DNA of 64,000 nt. Source: Thermodesulfobacteriota bacterium. Its GTDB lineage: Bacteria; Desulfobacterota_D; UBA1144; Nemesobacterales; UBA2774. Under the pieces are notes generated by a model. The model worked only from the letters and a program-made list of their open reading frames with translations. It was not told the DNA's origin and searched no databases. Every line of letters begins with the position of its first letter. Position 1 is the stretch's first letter. The translations under genes were made by a program, and so were the position numbers. This document shows positions 1 to 10,241 of the stretch, in pieces. The stretch lies in the NCBI GenBank assembly GCA_965223335.1, contig OZ244991.1, positions 512,001 to 576,000 on the forward strand, written 5' to 3'.

Positions 1-420
1 CACACCCAGGACAACCCCTATGTGACAGGCAATCCCAAACCCCCGCGGGTGAGCCTGGCCGTGGCCGTCTACCATGATCAAGTCCGGTTTGTTGCTCAGT
101 TTTTTGTACGCCTCTATTATGGGAGGGCCTTCCCTAAAAGCAAGAAAGCCCGGTATGTATGGGAAATCTATGTCCCGAACGACATAAGCCCGCTCTTTTT
201 CTAAGAGCTCCGGGTACGAGAATACTATGATCCCGCATACGAGTTTTCCCTCTGACTTAAGGTATGCAAGGTCTACCCCGGCAATGGTTTCTATCTCGCT
301 AAATCCGTTCTCTGAGGCGACCATATCCCTCATCTGTTTCTGGAACTGAGTAGCCTCTTGGGTGGAAACGCTACCGTTCTCATACAGTCTGCTGATTACA
401 TCTCGGTCAATGTGTGCCAT
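1..420 (-). CDS. nfi: Endonuclease V (deoxyinosine 3'-endonuclease), C-terminal part outside the window
   Basis: Manual translation from ATG at 420: MAHIDRD...IAGVDLAY...FPYIPGFLAFREGP...PDLIMVDGHGQAHPRGFGIACHIGV, with the PYIPGFLAFRE and DGxGxxHPR motifs of EndoV. Absent from the ORF track because it runs off the edge. Confidence 0.95.
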   Translation of the reverse strand, partial: MAHIDRDVISRLYENGSVSTQEATQFQKQMRDMVASENGFSEIETIAGVDLAYLKSEGKLVCGIIVFSYPELLEKERAYVVRDIDFPYIPGFLAFREGPPIIEAYKKLSNKPDLIMVDGHGQAHPRGFGIACHIGVVLGV

Positions 421-664
421 AAATCTCTTCGATCGCCCGCTTAAACTTAGGGCTGTAGATTAGCTCAAACGCGGTCTCCTTCCCTGGAAAAAGTTTGAGG
501 GCAAATTTTCTAACCCCGCTAACGCGTTCGAGTGCCTCGTCTCTACTCAGATCACCCTGGTAGATGAGTGAGATAGTGAACTGGACCATAAGCCGAAGCA
601 TTCGGATTCTCTTAGTTTCGTCCGTTACCTCAAGGCTCCGATATTTTTTGAACTTATCTTTCAT
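407..664 (-). CDS. Small hypothetical protein, overlapping the nfi start
   Basis: 85-aa ORF with protein-like composition; its stop overlaps the nfi start region. Confidence 0.7.
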   Translation of the reverse strand: MKDKFKKYRSLEVTDETKRIRMLRLMVQFTISLIYQGDLSRDEALERVSGVRKFALKLFPGKETAFELIYSPKFKRAIEEIYGTH

Positions 665-816
665 GGATTACCCGGCATAGGTTGTTTGCTGGCTCGCCCC
701 ATATAGTATTATACATAATGCCCGGGGCTTAGAACTATTGTGATACCAGGTATATTGTTGGTTCCTATAAAATTCGGTAGAATCAATCCCGACAATTTAT
801 AGCCACGGCACACATC

Positions 817-1779
817 ATGGAACTACGAACTGCATTTGTAATGGATCCAATAGAGAGTATCGATACCGAGAAGGACACTACATATGTCCTTATGCTAGAG
901 ACCCAGGCTAGGGGGCACGAGGTCTGGTATATGGAGCTTAAGGACATGTTTGTTAAAAACACCGTGCCCACGTGCAACGCGACACAACTAACTCTCAGTC
1001 GCGGTGAAGATTATTACACCAAGGGTGCTGAAGAGACTATGCGTCTGGACAGTTTCGATGTGATCTGGATGCGTAAAGACCCCCCGTTTAACCCGGACTA
1101 CATCTATTCGACCTATATACTGAGCCTGGTTGACGAGTCCCGAAGTTTAGTGGTGAATAAACCCTCAGGGATCAGGGAATCAAATGAAAAACTGTATACA
1201 CTTTATTTCCCCGATATCATCCCTGACTCACTCGTGACTAAAGACCCCGATGAACTCAGATCATTTTTAACGGAAGTCGGCGGCGAGATTGTTGTGAAAC
1301 CGCTAGACGGTCACGGAGGTGAGGGTGTGTTCTACATCCGAGAGGGGGATAAAAACCAAAACGTAATAATAGAATCCATAACCAATTTCGGCACTGAGTA
1401 TGTAATGGCACAAAAATTCATTGAGAAGGTTAGTGAAGGAGACAAGCGGATCATACTGCTAAATGGCGAGCCCCTCGGCGCAGTGCTCAGGGTGCCCAAG
1501 CCCGGCGGGGAGTTCAGGTGCAACTTCCACTCGGGAGGCAGCCCATCGAAATCAATGTTGACCGATAGGGATCTCGAGATCTGCAGGACCATAGCACCTC
1601 GTTTAAGACAAGACGGGCTCTATTTCGTAGGCATTGATGTAATCGGCGGTTATGTCACAGAGATCAACACCACAAGCCCCACGGGCGTGCAGGAGATCAA
1701 CAACCTAAACGGAGAAAAGATCGAGACCCAGGTCATAGATTTTATTGATGATATGCACAGCAAATTGAATACCAATTAA
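817..1779 (+). CDS. gshB: Glutathione synthetase (ATP-grasp)
   Basis: AFVMDPI...KDTT, MRKDPPF, NEKLY, KPLDGHGG, GDKRI and EINTTSPTG motifs. Confidence 0.95.
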   Translation: MELRTAFVMDPIESIDTEKDTTYVLMLETQARGHEVWYMELKDMFVKNTVPTCNATQLTLSRGEDYYTKGAEETMRLDSFDVIWMRKDPPFNPDYIYSTYILSLVDESRSLVVNKPSGIRESNEKLYTLYFPDIIPDSLVTKDPDELRSFLTEVGGEIVVKPLDGHGGEGVFYIREGDKNQNVIIESITNFGTEYVMAQKFIEKVSEGDKRIILLNGEPLGAVLRVPKPGGEFRCNFHSGGSPSKSMLTDRDLEICRTIAPRLRQDGLYFVGIDVIGGYVTEINTTSPTGVQEINNLNGEKIETQVIDFIDDMHSKLNTN

Positions 1780-1804
1780 AGCATGCGTCAGAGGCAATAT
1801 TGAT

Positions 1805-2095
1805 ATGAAAATTACTAAAGACGATGTACTACATGTAGCTGAACTGGCACGCTTGAAATTCGAGGAAGATGAGATAGAGCTCTTTACCGAGCAGTTGGGC
1901 AATATACTCGGGTACATCGAGAAACTGAGCGAGCTTGATACAGATGGTGTTGACGCCACTTCACAGGTGCTAGAGATCACGACACCGCTTAGGGAAGATG
2001 AGGTTAAAAACTGCCTTACAGTAGATGAGGTGCTAAAAAACGCTCCGGAAACACAAGACAACTTCTTCGTCGTACCAAAAGTAATAGAGGATTAA
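1805..2095 (+). CDS. gatC: Asp/Glu-tRNA amidotransferase subunit C
   Basis: [14 protein letters not shown] and FVVPKVIE motifs; directly upstream of gatA. Confidence 0.95.
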   Translation: MKITKDDVLHVAELARLKFEEDEIELFTEQLGNILGYIEKLSELDTDGVDATSQVLEITTPLREDEVKNCLTVDEVLKNAPETQDNFFVVPKVIED

Positions 2096-2103
2096 TAAAT
2101 CGT

Positions 2104-3564
2104 ATGGAACTACCCTTTTTAACTTTAAAACAGTCCTCGGAACTGATTAAAAGCAAAGAGCTTTCACCCGTGGAGCTAACGCAATCGGTACTGGACAGGA
2201 TAGAGAAGTTGGACAACTCCTTAAACTCATACATCACTGTCTTGAGCGAGAGTGCACTTTCAAGTTCTAAACAAGCAGAAGATGATATCGCTAGCGGTAA
2301 ATATATAGGACCTCTCCACGGAGTGCCAATCAGTCTAAAAGATATATTTCTTCTAAAAGACGTCCCGGCAACTTGCGGTTCTAAGATGCTAGAGAATTTC
2401 ATAGCCCCCTACAACGCCACTGTTACACAAAAACTCCTTGATTCCGGTGCTGTAGTTGTTGGCAAAAACAATATGGACGAGTTTGCTATGGGTTCATCGT
2501 GCGAAACATCGTATTACGGTGCTGTGAAAAACCCATGGGACACTGATAGAGTGCCGGGCGGCTCGAGTGGGGGTTCCGCATCCGCGACTGCAGCCATGCT
2601 GTCGATTGCCTCTGTGGGTACAGATACGGGCGGCTCTATAAGACAGCCAGCCTCACTATGCGGGGTGGTCGGCATGAAACCTACGTACGGCAGGGTAAGC
2701 AGATACGGCATGATCGCGTTTGCGTCCTCTCTGGACCAGGCAGGCCCACTCACACAAACTGTCGAGGACACAGCAATCATACTAAACGCCATAAGCGGGC
2801 ATGACACAGCCGATTCCACATGTGTTGACATCCCTGTGCCCGACTTCACAGTGGCTCTCACGCAGGACATAAAGGGCATAAAACTCGGTATACCCAAAGA
2901 GTACTTTATCGATGGTCTAGATGCCGAGGTGAATGACGCCACACAAAAAGCCATTGCCGTACTCGAAGGTTTGGGGGCAGAGATTGTAGAGATATCACTC
3001 CCCCATACAGAATACGCAGTCAGCACTTACTATATCATTGCTCCATCCGAGGCAAGCTCCAACCTAGCCCGTTACGACGGAGTAAAGTATGGGTACCGAT
3101 CCTCGAATGCGGACTCTCTACACGATATGTATGTAAACACCCGAGCTGAAGGATTCGGTGCAGAGGTTAAGAGAAGGATAATGCTCGGCACATATGCGCT
3201 GTCCGCCGGATATTATGACGCCTATTACCTTAAGGCCCAACAGGTAAGGACACTTATCAAGAAGGATTTTGATCAGGCGTTTACTGAAGTGGACGCAATT
3301 GTCGCACCTACCTCGCCCGAGACTGCCTTTAAAATAGGCGAGAAGACAGACGACCCACTAAAAATGTACCTGTCTGATGTGCTTACCATCCCATGCAACA
3401 TTGCGGGGCTCCCCGGCATCTCGGTCCCATGCGGGATCTCATCCGCCGGGCTACCGATAGGTCTACAGATCATTGGCAAGTTATTTGACGAAGAAACAGT
3501 GCTGCGTGTAGCACACAACTTTGAACAGTGCACAGACTGGCACAAAAAAAGACCGCCCATATAA
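2104..3564 (+). CDS. gatA: Asp/Glu-tRNA amidotransferase subunit A
   Basis: Amidase signature [38 protein letters not shown]. Confidence 0.97.
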   Translation: MELPFLTLKQSSELIKSKELSPVELTQSVLDRIEKLDNSLNSYITVLSESALSSSKQAEDDIASGKYIGPLHGVPISLKDIFLLKDVPATCGSKMLENFIAPYNATVTQKLLDSGAVVVGKNNMDEFAMGSSCETSYYGAVKNPWDTDRVPGGSSGGSASATAAMLSIASVGTDTGGSIRQPASLCGVVGMKPTYGRVSRYGMIAFASSLDQAGPLTQTVEDTAIILNAISGHDTADSTCVDIPVPDFTVALTQDIKGIKLGIPKEYFIDGLDAEVNDATQKAIAVLEGLGAEIVEISLPHTEYAVSTYYIIAPSEASSNLARYDGVKYGYRSSNADSLHDMYVNTRAEGFGAEVKRRIMLGTYALSAGYYDAYYLKAQQVRTLIKKDFDQAFTEVDAIVAPTSPETAFKIGEKTDDPLKMYLSDVLTIPCNIAGLPGISVPCGISSAGLPIGLQIIGKLFDEETVLRVAHNFEQCTDWHKKRPPI

Positions 3565-3653
3565 ATAGATTCTTGTTCACGATTGGAAATTCATATAAAA
3601 ATCGAGCGTCATAGAGTAGAATACTAATAGGTGGATGTGAGAAGGAGAGCGCT

Positions 3654-3830
3654 ATGACAACGAAATCAAAGACATGTATGGTATGTGCGAAACCCTCTGA
3701 TAACACTATATGCGATGCTTGTAAGGCACAGATACAGGGAGAGGCCGCCGACAAAAAAATAAAGATAGAAAAAAAGGTTCAAGTCGGCTCCGAGGTAGAA
3801 AAAGATAAGGTTGTAAAACACAAGAAATAA
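3654..3830 (+). CDS. 58-aa putative zinc-binding small protein (CxxC-x8-CxxC plus Lys-rich tail)
   Basis: Manual translation MTTKSKTCMVCAKPSDNTICDACKAQIQGEAADKKIKIEKKVQVGSEVEKDKVVKHKK; RBS AAGGAG at 3642-3647; fills the gatA-rsmI gap. Below the ORF track cutoff. Confidence 0.7.
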   Translation: MTTKSKTCMVCAKPSDNTICDACKAQIQGEAADKKIKIEKKVQVGSEVEKDKVVKHKK

Positions 3831-3833
3831 TTA

Positions 3834-4667
3834 TCAGTCCCATATCTTTAGTGCCATCTTATAAACCATACTCTTTGAGACACCGTAGCTGTCAGATACC
3901 TCTTTAACCGTATCCTTTAAGCTAGAACCCCGAGCATAAAATATCTTAAGTAATCGTTCCAATTCTTTGTCCGAGGCTTGAGACTCCGCTTCACCACAGC
4001 CCGACACAACTATTGTAAACTCACCTTTTAGGGTCTCTCTACTACTCAACTGTTCGAGCACCTCAGTGATACTACCCCTTATGGTTTCTTCATACATTTT
4101 GGTTATCTCTCTACTCACCGAGACCCGTCTTTCGCCCAGTTGGTCTTTAAGAATCCCTAGAGTTTTTACAACACGCTTTGGCGATTCGAAGAAAATTAGG
4201 GTCTCTGGGTAGCGTTTTAAGCTCTCGATTGCTTCAATTAGCTTTTTCTTAGTCCTGGGTAGAAAACCAATAAAGGCAAACCTATCTGTGGGCAAGCCCG
4301 ACACACTGAGAGCCGCTATAGCAGCCGATGGACCGGGCACAGATACAACCTCGATACCTTGCTTAGAAGCCAGATTAACCAGCCTATAACCCGGGTCCGA
4401 CACACCCGGTGTACCGGCATCCGTCACAAGTGCCACAGAATTTCCATCCTGTAACATATTTACCAACACCTTGGCTTTCTCGGCTTCATTATGTTCGTGA
4501 TAGCTCTCTAGTGGCTTCTTAATATTGAAACGCGATAAAAGTTTTCCCGTAGTCCTAGTGTCTTCACACGCAATTATATCTACCTCCCCAAGCACTCTAA
4601 GTGCCCTTGGAGATATGTCTTCTAAGTTGCCGATAGGTGTCGACACGATATAAAGTTTGGCGCTCAT
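3834..4667 (-). CDS. rsmI: 16S rRNA (cytidine1402-2'-O)-methyltransferase
   Basis: LYIVSTPIGNLEDIS, ACEDTR, DAGTPGVSDPG and REITKMYEE motifs. Confidence 0.96.
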   Translation of the reverse strand: MSAKLYIVSTPIGNLEDISPRALRVLGEVDIIACEDTRTTGKLLSRFNIKKPLESYHEHNEAEKAKVLVNMLQDGNSVALVTDAGTPGVSDPGYRLVNLASKQGIEVVSVPGPSAAIAALSVSGLPTDRFAFIGFLPRTKKKLIEAIESLKRYPETLIFFESPKRVVKTLGILKDQLGERRVSVSREITKMYEETIRGSITEVLEQLSSRETLKGEFTIVVSGCGEAESQASDKELERLLKIFYARGSSLKDTVKEVSDSYGVSKSMVYKMALKIWD

Positions 4668-4695
4668 ATTGGTAGTTCACACAAAAAATTCGGAT

Positions 4696-4736
4696 AAAAA
4701 AATAAGGTGCTGCCCTTCTACGAGTAGCACCTTATT
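4696..4736 (-). terminator. Intrinsic terminator after the RTX-like gene
   Basis: AATAAGGTGCT...AGCACCTTATT stem followed by a T-run on the minus strand. Confidence 0.7.
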
Positions 4737-4778
4737 ACGTGTTAATAATCTGTATCAATATTGACTACATATTAGTAA

Positions 4779-5306
4779 TCAATCGAGGTTGCATTTCTTA
4801 TGTTCTGAGTAATTAATACAATGGTCCTGTCCCTTACCGCCGTCTAGGATATTGTATCCGTCTCCACCGTCGAGGAAGTCCTTACCGTCCATACCGTTTA
4901 GTGCATCATCACCGTTACCGCCGTACACCACATCATCTCCGTCCCCGGCCCTGAGATCATCGTTACCGTCCTCGCCGTACATCTCGTCAGCACCGTGCCC
5001 GCCCTTTATAAGGTCATTGCCGTCACCACCGCAAAGGATATCATTATCTCCGCGCCCCATAATCTCATCATCTCCACCTAGACCAGCAATCACATCTACC
5101 CCAGACGTTCCCATCAACACGTCGTTATCATCAGTGCCTACAATCGTTGCGACCTTGCCCCCGCATTTTACTGGTGGTGGAGCATCCTCTGCAGCCTTCA
5201 TATCCTCTGCCCCTTCCTCCGCTGCCGGAGTATCTGCAATAGCGGTATTAAGGCTCAGCGCTATTAACAAAAACATTAATCCCAATACTGTTTTTATGCT
5301 GTCCAT
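4779..5306 (-). CDS. Secreted calcium-binding protein with RTX/hemolysin-type GGxGxD repeats
   Basis: Signal-peptide-like N-terminus MDSIKTVLGLMFLLIALSLNTAIA and many GGxGND/GDGDD repeats. Start set at ATG 5306 after RBS AGGAGGAG (ORF track starts at 5342). Confidence 0.85.
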   Translation of the reverse strand: MDSIKTVLGLMFLLIALSLNTAIADTPAAEEGAEDMKAAEDAPPPVKCGGKVATIVGTDDNDVLMGTSGVDVIAGLGGDDEIMGRGDNDILCGGDGNDLIKGGHGADEMYGEDGNDDLRAGDGDDVVYGGNGDDALNGMDGKDFLDGGDGYNILDGGKGQDHCINYSEHKKCNLD

Positions 5307-5456
5307 TTCACTCCTCCTTAAATGATATTCATGTAGTATCAATTAAACAATTATCGAAAAATATTGTCAAGTAGCCATAACTCTGTAATTCAGGAGCTCA
5401 ACAATACCAACACACTATGAAAATTATTTATTTCCTGCATTGAATAAGGGACGTGC

Positions 5457-5824
5457 TTATGCTTCTGCAGCAATTTGAAATTCATCTTCATCAACCACAT
5501 AACCTGGATTATTTTTTTAATAACTTCAACCGCAATATTATGTGCTTCCAATATTGATACAATTTCTCTCATTTTTGATATATGAGATTTAGCTCAATCT
5601 TTAAACCAACTAATGGCTTTGTTTTGTGCGTTAGGATTTCTGGAACGTTTAAATTTCTTCGGTTTCTTTAAGTTAGAATTGAACCAATCATGAATATATT
5701 TCATCTGTTCGACTTCATGACTAAAGAGTTCTCCTTGATCCCGGAGTTCCGATAATACTTGAAAAATCCCTAATCGTTTCCCGGAATCCTCATCGATTTT
5801 TTGTACTACAAATCGAATATACAT
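5457..5824 (-). pseudogene. Disrupted hypothetical gene (in-frame TGA plus frameshift)
   Basis: MYIRFVV...AISWFKD* continues in frame AKSHISKMREIVSILEAHNIAVEVIK, then a shift in the A7 run (5512-5518) gives NNPGYVVDEDEFQIAAEA*. Explains track ORFs 5594..5824 and 5390..5572. Confidence 0.6.
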
Positions 5825-5863
5825 ATAATCTCATTTAATCATAATATTGGTGTAAAATCCCTC

Positions 5864-7120
5864 TCATCCCCCGTCCGGAAAATTCACTAGTCTCTGGTCG
5901 AGAGGTAGGTCGTTTTTATGTATCCCAGGGCTTGTGACCGGGATAATCTCAAGAGGTGTGCCGTTTAGCTCGGCCTCATCAAAGGCCTCTGTAGAGGGTG
6001 CCCTGCCGATAAGATCGTATTCGGTAATCACATAAGGTATGCCATTTGATCCGAATGTAGCCGGGCCCGACATCACATGTAAATGCAGGTGGGGAGCCGA
6101 AGTATTGCCTGTGTTCCCAACGAGTCCCAGAAGCTGGCCTTTTGTAACATAGTCCCCAGTCTCCACTGCCACACTGCCTTTTATCATGTGCGCATAAAAA
6201 GCGAATGTGTCATTACCAAGATCGAGCACAACATAGTTCCCGTCGGCCTGCTCGATTGGCAGCCCCTGAGGCAACTGTCCCGGTATCTGATCGTCATATT
6301 TGTCCACAGCAATAACTACACGGCCGTCAGCCACTGCCAGGATCTCCTGTCCGTATGCGAAATAGCTGTTAACATCCTTGGGATCGCCAACAAAAATCCT
6401 GTTCCCTTGGTCCAATTTCTCCCAGTCTATGGCAAACCGCTGCGAAATGGTGAGTTTGCCGTTTATCGGAAGCATAGCTCTTATGTGGCGTACGGCTGTA
6501 CAGCACCCATCAGCTGCAATCCACTTTGTACCTTTTAGTGGGGGGCCTAAAACCATAGGTTCATCCTTGCTTACTTTAGACTCACCATATACGAAAATAA
6601 TTTCCATATCATCAAGCGGCAGGCTTAGGAAACCGAGGAATCCCGGAGGGATACCACCAGGTACTGTGATTGCCAAACGATGAATGATTGATTCCGGGAC
6701 ATCCTCAATCGAGTCTACCGAGAAAGCAATAAAAAACACCGAGGTCTCACCGCCTCCAAGAACGTTTGTTGCATCCCTACCCGGCAAGACCTCGTTTTTC
6801 TCGGTCACAGTCTCACCGGTGAATTCTGCAAGCACATTAGCGGTATTTTCCGTATCCAATACCTCGATTGAATTAATCTGCCAAGGTAGCGGTGTGGCAT
6901 TTGCAAGCTTAAGCTCATATACAAAATGGTAATCGCCGTCCGATCCAAGCACGGGATGAGGCTCAGTGAGCAAAGATATTAGTACAGGTGTGTATTGATT
7001 AGACCCGGTTACAAGCGAGTCTCCTCCCTCCCCATTAGTACTGTCGCACGCAACTAACACAATACCCACAATTAATAGCAATCCGACCACCAACAATGAG
7101 CTACGTATAAATCTCATCAT
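5864..7120 (-). CDS. M23 family metallopeptidase, probable lipoprotein
   Basis: Lipobox-like LVAC; GNYVVLD, YAHM and GNTGNTSAPHLHLH (M23 HxH) motifs. Confidence 0.85.
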   Translation of the reverse strand: MMRFIRSSLLVVGLLLIVGIVLVACDSTNGEGGDSLVTGSNQYTPVLISLLTEPHPVLGSDGDYHFVYELKLANATPLPWQINSIEVLDTENTANVLAEFTGETVTEKNEVLPGRDATNVLGGGETSVFFIAFSVDSIEDVPESIIHRLAITVPGGIPPGFLGFLSLPLDDMEIIFVYGESKVSKDEPMVLGPPLKGTKWIAADGCCTAVRHIRAMLPINGKLTISQRFAIDWEKLDQGNRIFVGDPKDVNSYFAYGQEILAVADGRVVIAVDKYDDQIPGQLPQGLPIEQADGNYVVLDLGNDTFAFYAHMIKGSVAVETGDYVTKGQLLGLVGNTGNTSAPHLHLHVMSGPATFGSNGIPYVITEYDLIGRAPSTEAFDEAELNGTPLEIIPVTSPGIHKNDLPLDQRLVNFPDGG

Positions 7121-7280
7121 ATCTCCTCCTTTGCTTTGATAGATACAAAATCCTAGGTATATGACTTAATCAGCGAGAACTGGATGTTTATGCACTAATG
7201 CCTTTGAATAAGCGCTAATTTACTGATCTCATTATAGCTAAAAATGAGTCTTACATCGAGGGTGGCATTAACAAAGATAC

Positions 7281-7314
7281 AAAAAAAGGGATGCATATAG
7301 TATGCATCCCTTTT
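7281..7314. terminator. Intrinsic (possibly bidirectional) terminator
   Basis: AAAAAAAGGGATGCATA-TAG-TATGCATCCCTTTT perfect stem with A/T runs. Confidence 0.75.
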
Positions 7315-7418
7315 GGTTATTTACAGTTTTTTCAAACGGATTCAACATCTGTCGACAAGCAACTAAATGAGGATAAGGGCTCCCCTAACGGAAAGCCCTT
7401 AGATCCGTTAATTCTATT

Positions 7419-10241
7419 TTATTTAGCTGCACCCCAATCACGAGGGTTGTCATCCAGACTGTTGATAAATCCATTTCCGTTGGCTTCACTGCAGTACGAT
7501 CCAAGAGCATGGTAGCCGTTTGCTCCGAGTCCCGGACAGAATGGGAACCCTAGCTCAGGACAACCGAGTGTGTCAACCGGAGCATTGTTAAACTGATCCA
7601 GAAGCTCGGCACACTTGCCGCCTCCTAAATCCAACCCCGGAGGACTACCGTTAAGCTCTTGCTTCGACCGTCCGCCGCCGCACCAATCTGCGCTACAGCA
7701 ATTATCAAACAGGTCGCCTACGCTGATTGATGATCCGTCAGGCGCAGTTACAGTCTCGCTTTCACAGTCACCACCGGCTAGCCGTGAAGTCTCAATATTG
7801 AGCTCAGCCGCCGTACAAGCCCTCACTAACTGCATTTGCTGTGGTGATGTGCCATCGCCACCATTAGCTGCTTGCCTGTCTGCATTGCCCCAACCAAGAT
7901 CCTCAGTGGTCGAGAAATCCATACCAGGAACTGCGGTGTTAAGATCTACCCCACAACTTGTCAATCCTGAGAGCACTACGGCCTCATCACAAGATGAAGG
8001 ATCATCGTCACCGCCAAAGAGGTTTTCAACCACGTTACAATGTGTACACCAGAATCCAGGCGTGCGGTGTGCACAGCCCTCACCACAATTTGCTATACAT
8101 GTGGCCTGCGTGCTGCTAGTAACCTCTTTCGGCAGTTGAGTAATAGGATCTAACACAGGTAGACCGTCTCCCCTGTCAATATTACAGGTAACAGTGGCGG
8201 TGTTAATTAGATTCACCCCGCCTGTGTCGACATTACATGTAATATCATCGGAAGAACCCTGAGATGCCAAAGTACCAATATCACTATCGCAATCGTCATG
8301 TGAGAGGTCATCAACAACACAGTTGATCAATTCGGCTGTCCCATTGTTTACAACAGAAATTGTAACAGTGTTCAAACCAGTTTCTTGATCACAGTCACTG
8401 CACTGTTTTTCTATATTCACATCAGGTGTCTGACATTCGAGTTCAGCATCATCATCAACCTCTATCTCTGCAAGTATCAGACCTGTGGCATCACTGCGAC
8501 ATTCACACTGCAGTGTACCAATGTTTACACCCTCAACCGTGAAACCATTCTGCAGCTCTTGACCGCAGAGAAGCTCATCATACTGGGTCGGAGGTACAAG
8601 GATATCAATTGATCCTGTAATAGAATTAGGATCACCAATTGGTCCCAGAATGTTGTCGGTGAGTGTACACTGAGTAGTTGTAGCCACTGCACCATCAATG
8701 TTGATTTCGTAGAGGTATTGAACTGGTTCATCTGTCCAGCCTATAGCGCTCTGCTCAAACCCTAGACCTGCATCAACAGATTTCACAATAGAAACCTCTG
8801 GGCACCTTTCATTAGTACAAGTATCACTGCTGTCACGTACTAATCTCTTTCCGCCCGAGTTTGCAATTGTACAAGATAGCTGAGCTTCGTTGAGTATACT
8901 GCCTTCAAAATCTGGCAGATCCGATGTACAGCTGACTGTATCTGCGGGATTTAGGTCAAAGTCAGCAGGATCAACGCCCTGTCCACAATCGAGGTTCAAG
9001 ATCTGCCCGTCAAATTCATCCACGATTGAACAATCCACTAGTGGGGCTGTTCCTGTATTCTCGGCATCAAGTTGTACACTATCATCTATACCGTCTAATG
9101 GGTCATCATCATCTTTACACACTTTAGAGAATGTTGCACCAGGTGTCTGACACTCGAAATCGGCTTTATCATAAGCTTCATTGGCCTCAACCGTTTCCCC
9201 ACCAATCAAACATGTACAGTTCGCTTCGGCCGTATCAGGTTCCCCCGCAGCAAGATCATCCGAACAGGATTGTGTATCCAACGCGACTGGTCCTAATTCT
9301 CCTTCAACACCTACTGTATATTCAGTCCCTGAGGGATCAGAAAACCCAGAGTTGCTTTCGGAGATAGTACACGTTAGTTCAGCCTCGCCAGCATTCTGAA
9401 GAAGATACTGAACGGATACATTCTCTGCTTCAACGCCATCATGGGCATTCCATGAATAACATGCGATTTCATGCCCGTCATCATCCATAGTCCCGAATCC
9501 GACATCTAAAAAATTGTGTGTTCCATCTTCTGCATCACAAGAAATCTGTTTGTCAATTTTAACCTTACACGCTGGTGGGTAAAGTTGTGGTGCTGAAGCC
9601 CCAGCAAATCCAGTTACTACAGGATCACATAACGGATCAGCAGATTGAACTCCATTTGGAAGAGTTTCTGCTGACATGAAGAATGTGCCATTAGGATTAT
9701 CAACTGGTTGTAGAGCCTTAACCCGAATTGTCACAACATTAGTTAATGCCCCTTTTGGCAGAAATACACCTGACAATTCATCTACGTCAATCAACACCTT
9801 ATTACTATCTCCCACCACCTCTGCACAACTTAACACTCCAGCTGCATTCGAAACACAGCCGTTCATGTTTACCGGTATGAATTCCAATGTGCCTGGAAGT
9901 TCCACTAAACATCCATTATCATCACATGCAAGAGTATGAGTTATATCTTTAACAAGTTCTGCGTCTACTTTCGTATCTGGATCGTTTAGAAGCCCGAAGT
10001 TATTTGTTAGTGTTATTGTTATATCTCTTTCCTCCCCAGTTTCCAGAGGTGTGGCTGGAGCCGAAAACCCAAGACTGACATTACCACCACATAAATCTGC
10101 TAATGCAACCTCAACATTTACAAACGTAAAACTAAAAACCAATAGAAACATCAACCCCGTGTACCATAAACATCGGGCTGAGTTAAAAATTGATGAATTG
10201 TAACTTCTACAATGTATTTTCATTGTTCCCATACCTCTCAT
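7419..10241 (-). CDS. Large secreted Cys-rich acidic protein with repeated Ig-like (DUF11/OmcB-like) modules
   Basis: Hydrophobic signal segment ending VEVALA; recurring (V/I)xIxK...NxGxxxLxxCxxxD...NxAxxxC modules; C-terminal RTPGFWCTH motif. True start may be a downstream Met. Confidence 0.75.
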   Translation of the reverse strand: MRGMGTMKIHCRSYNSSIFNSARCLWYTGLMFLLVFSFTFVNVEVALADLCGGNVSLGFSAPATPLETGEERDITITLTNNFGLLNDPDTKVDAELVKDITHTLACDDNGCLVELPGTLEFIPVNMNGCVSNAAGVLSCAEVVGDSNKVLIDVDELSGVFLPKGALTNVVTIRVKALQPVDNPNGTFFMSAETLPNGVQSADPLCDPVVTGFAGASAPQLYPPACKVKIDKQISCDAEDGTHNFLDVGFGTMDDDGHEIACYSWNAHDGVEAENVSVQYLLQNAGEAELTCTISESNSGFSDPSGTEYTVGVEGELGPVALDTQSCSDDLAAGEPDTAEANCTCLIGGETVEANEAYDKADFECQTPGATFSKVCKDDDDPLDGIDDSVQLDAENTGTAPLVDCSIVDEFDGQILNLDCGQGVDPADFDLNPADTVSCTSDLPDFEGSILNEAQLSCTIANSGGKRLVRDSSDTCTNERCPEVSIVKSVDAGLGFEQSAIGWTDEPVQYLYEINIDGAVATTTQCTLTDNILGPIGDPNSITGSIDILVPPTQYDELLCGQELQNGFTVEGVNIGTLQCECRSDATGLILAEIEVDDDAELECQTPDVNIEKQCSDCDQETGLNTVTISVVNNGTAELINCVVDDLSHDDCDSDIGTLASQGSSDDITCNVDTGGVNLINTATVTCNIDRGDGLPVLDPITQLPKEVTSSTQATCIANCGEGCAHRTPGFWCTHCNVVENLFGGDDDPSSCDEAVVLSGLTSCGVDLNTAVPGMDFSTTEDLGWGNADRQAANGGDGTSPQQMQLVRACTAAELNIETSRLAGGDCESETVTAPDGSSISVGDLFDNCCSADWCGGGRSKQELNGSPPGLDLGGGKCAELLDQFNNAPVDTLGCPELGFPFCPGLGANGYHALGSYCSEANGNGFINSLDDNPRDWGAAK

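Noticed and set aside
5594..5596. Selenocysteine or programmed readthrough at the in-frame TGA
   Set aside because: No evident SECIS hairpin, no redox motif context, and a second lesion follows.
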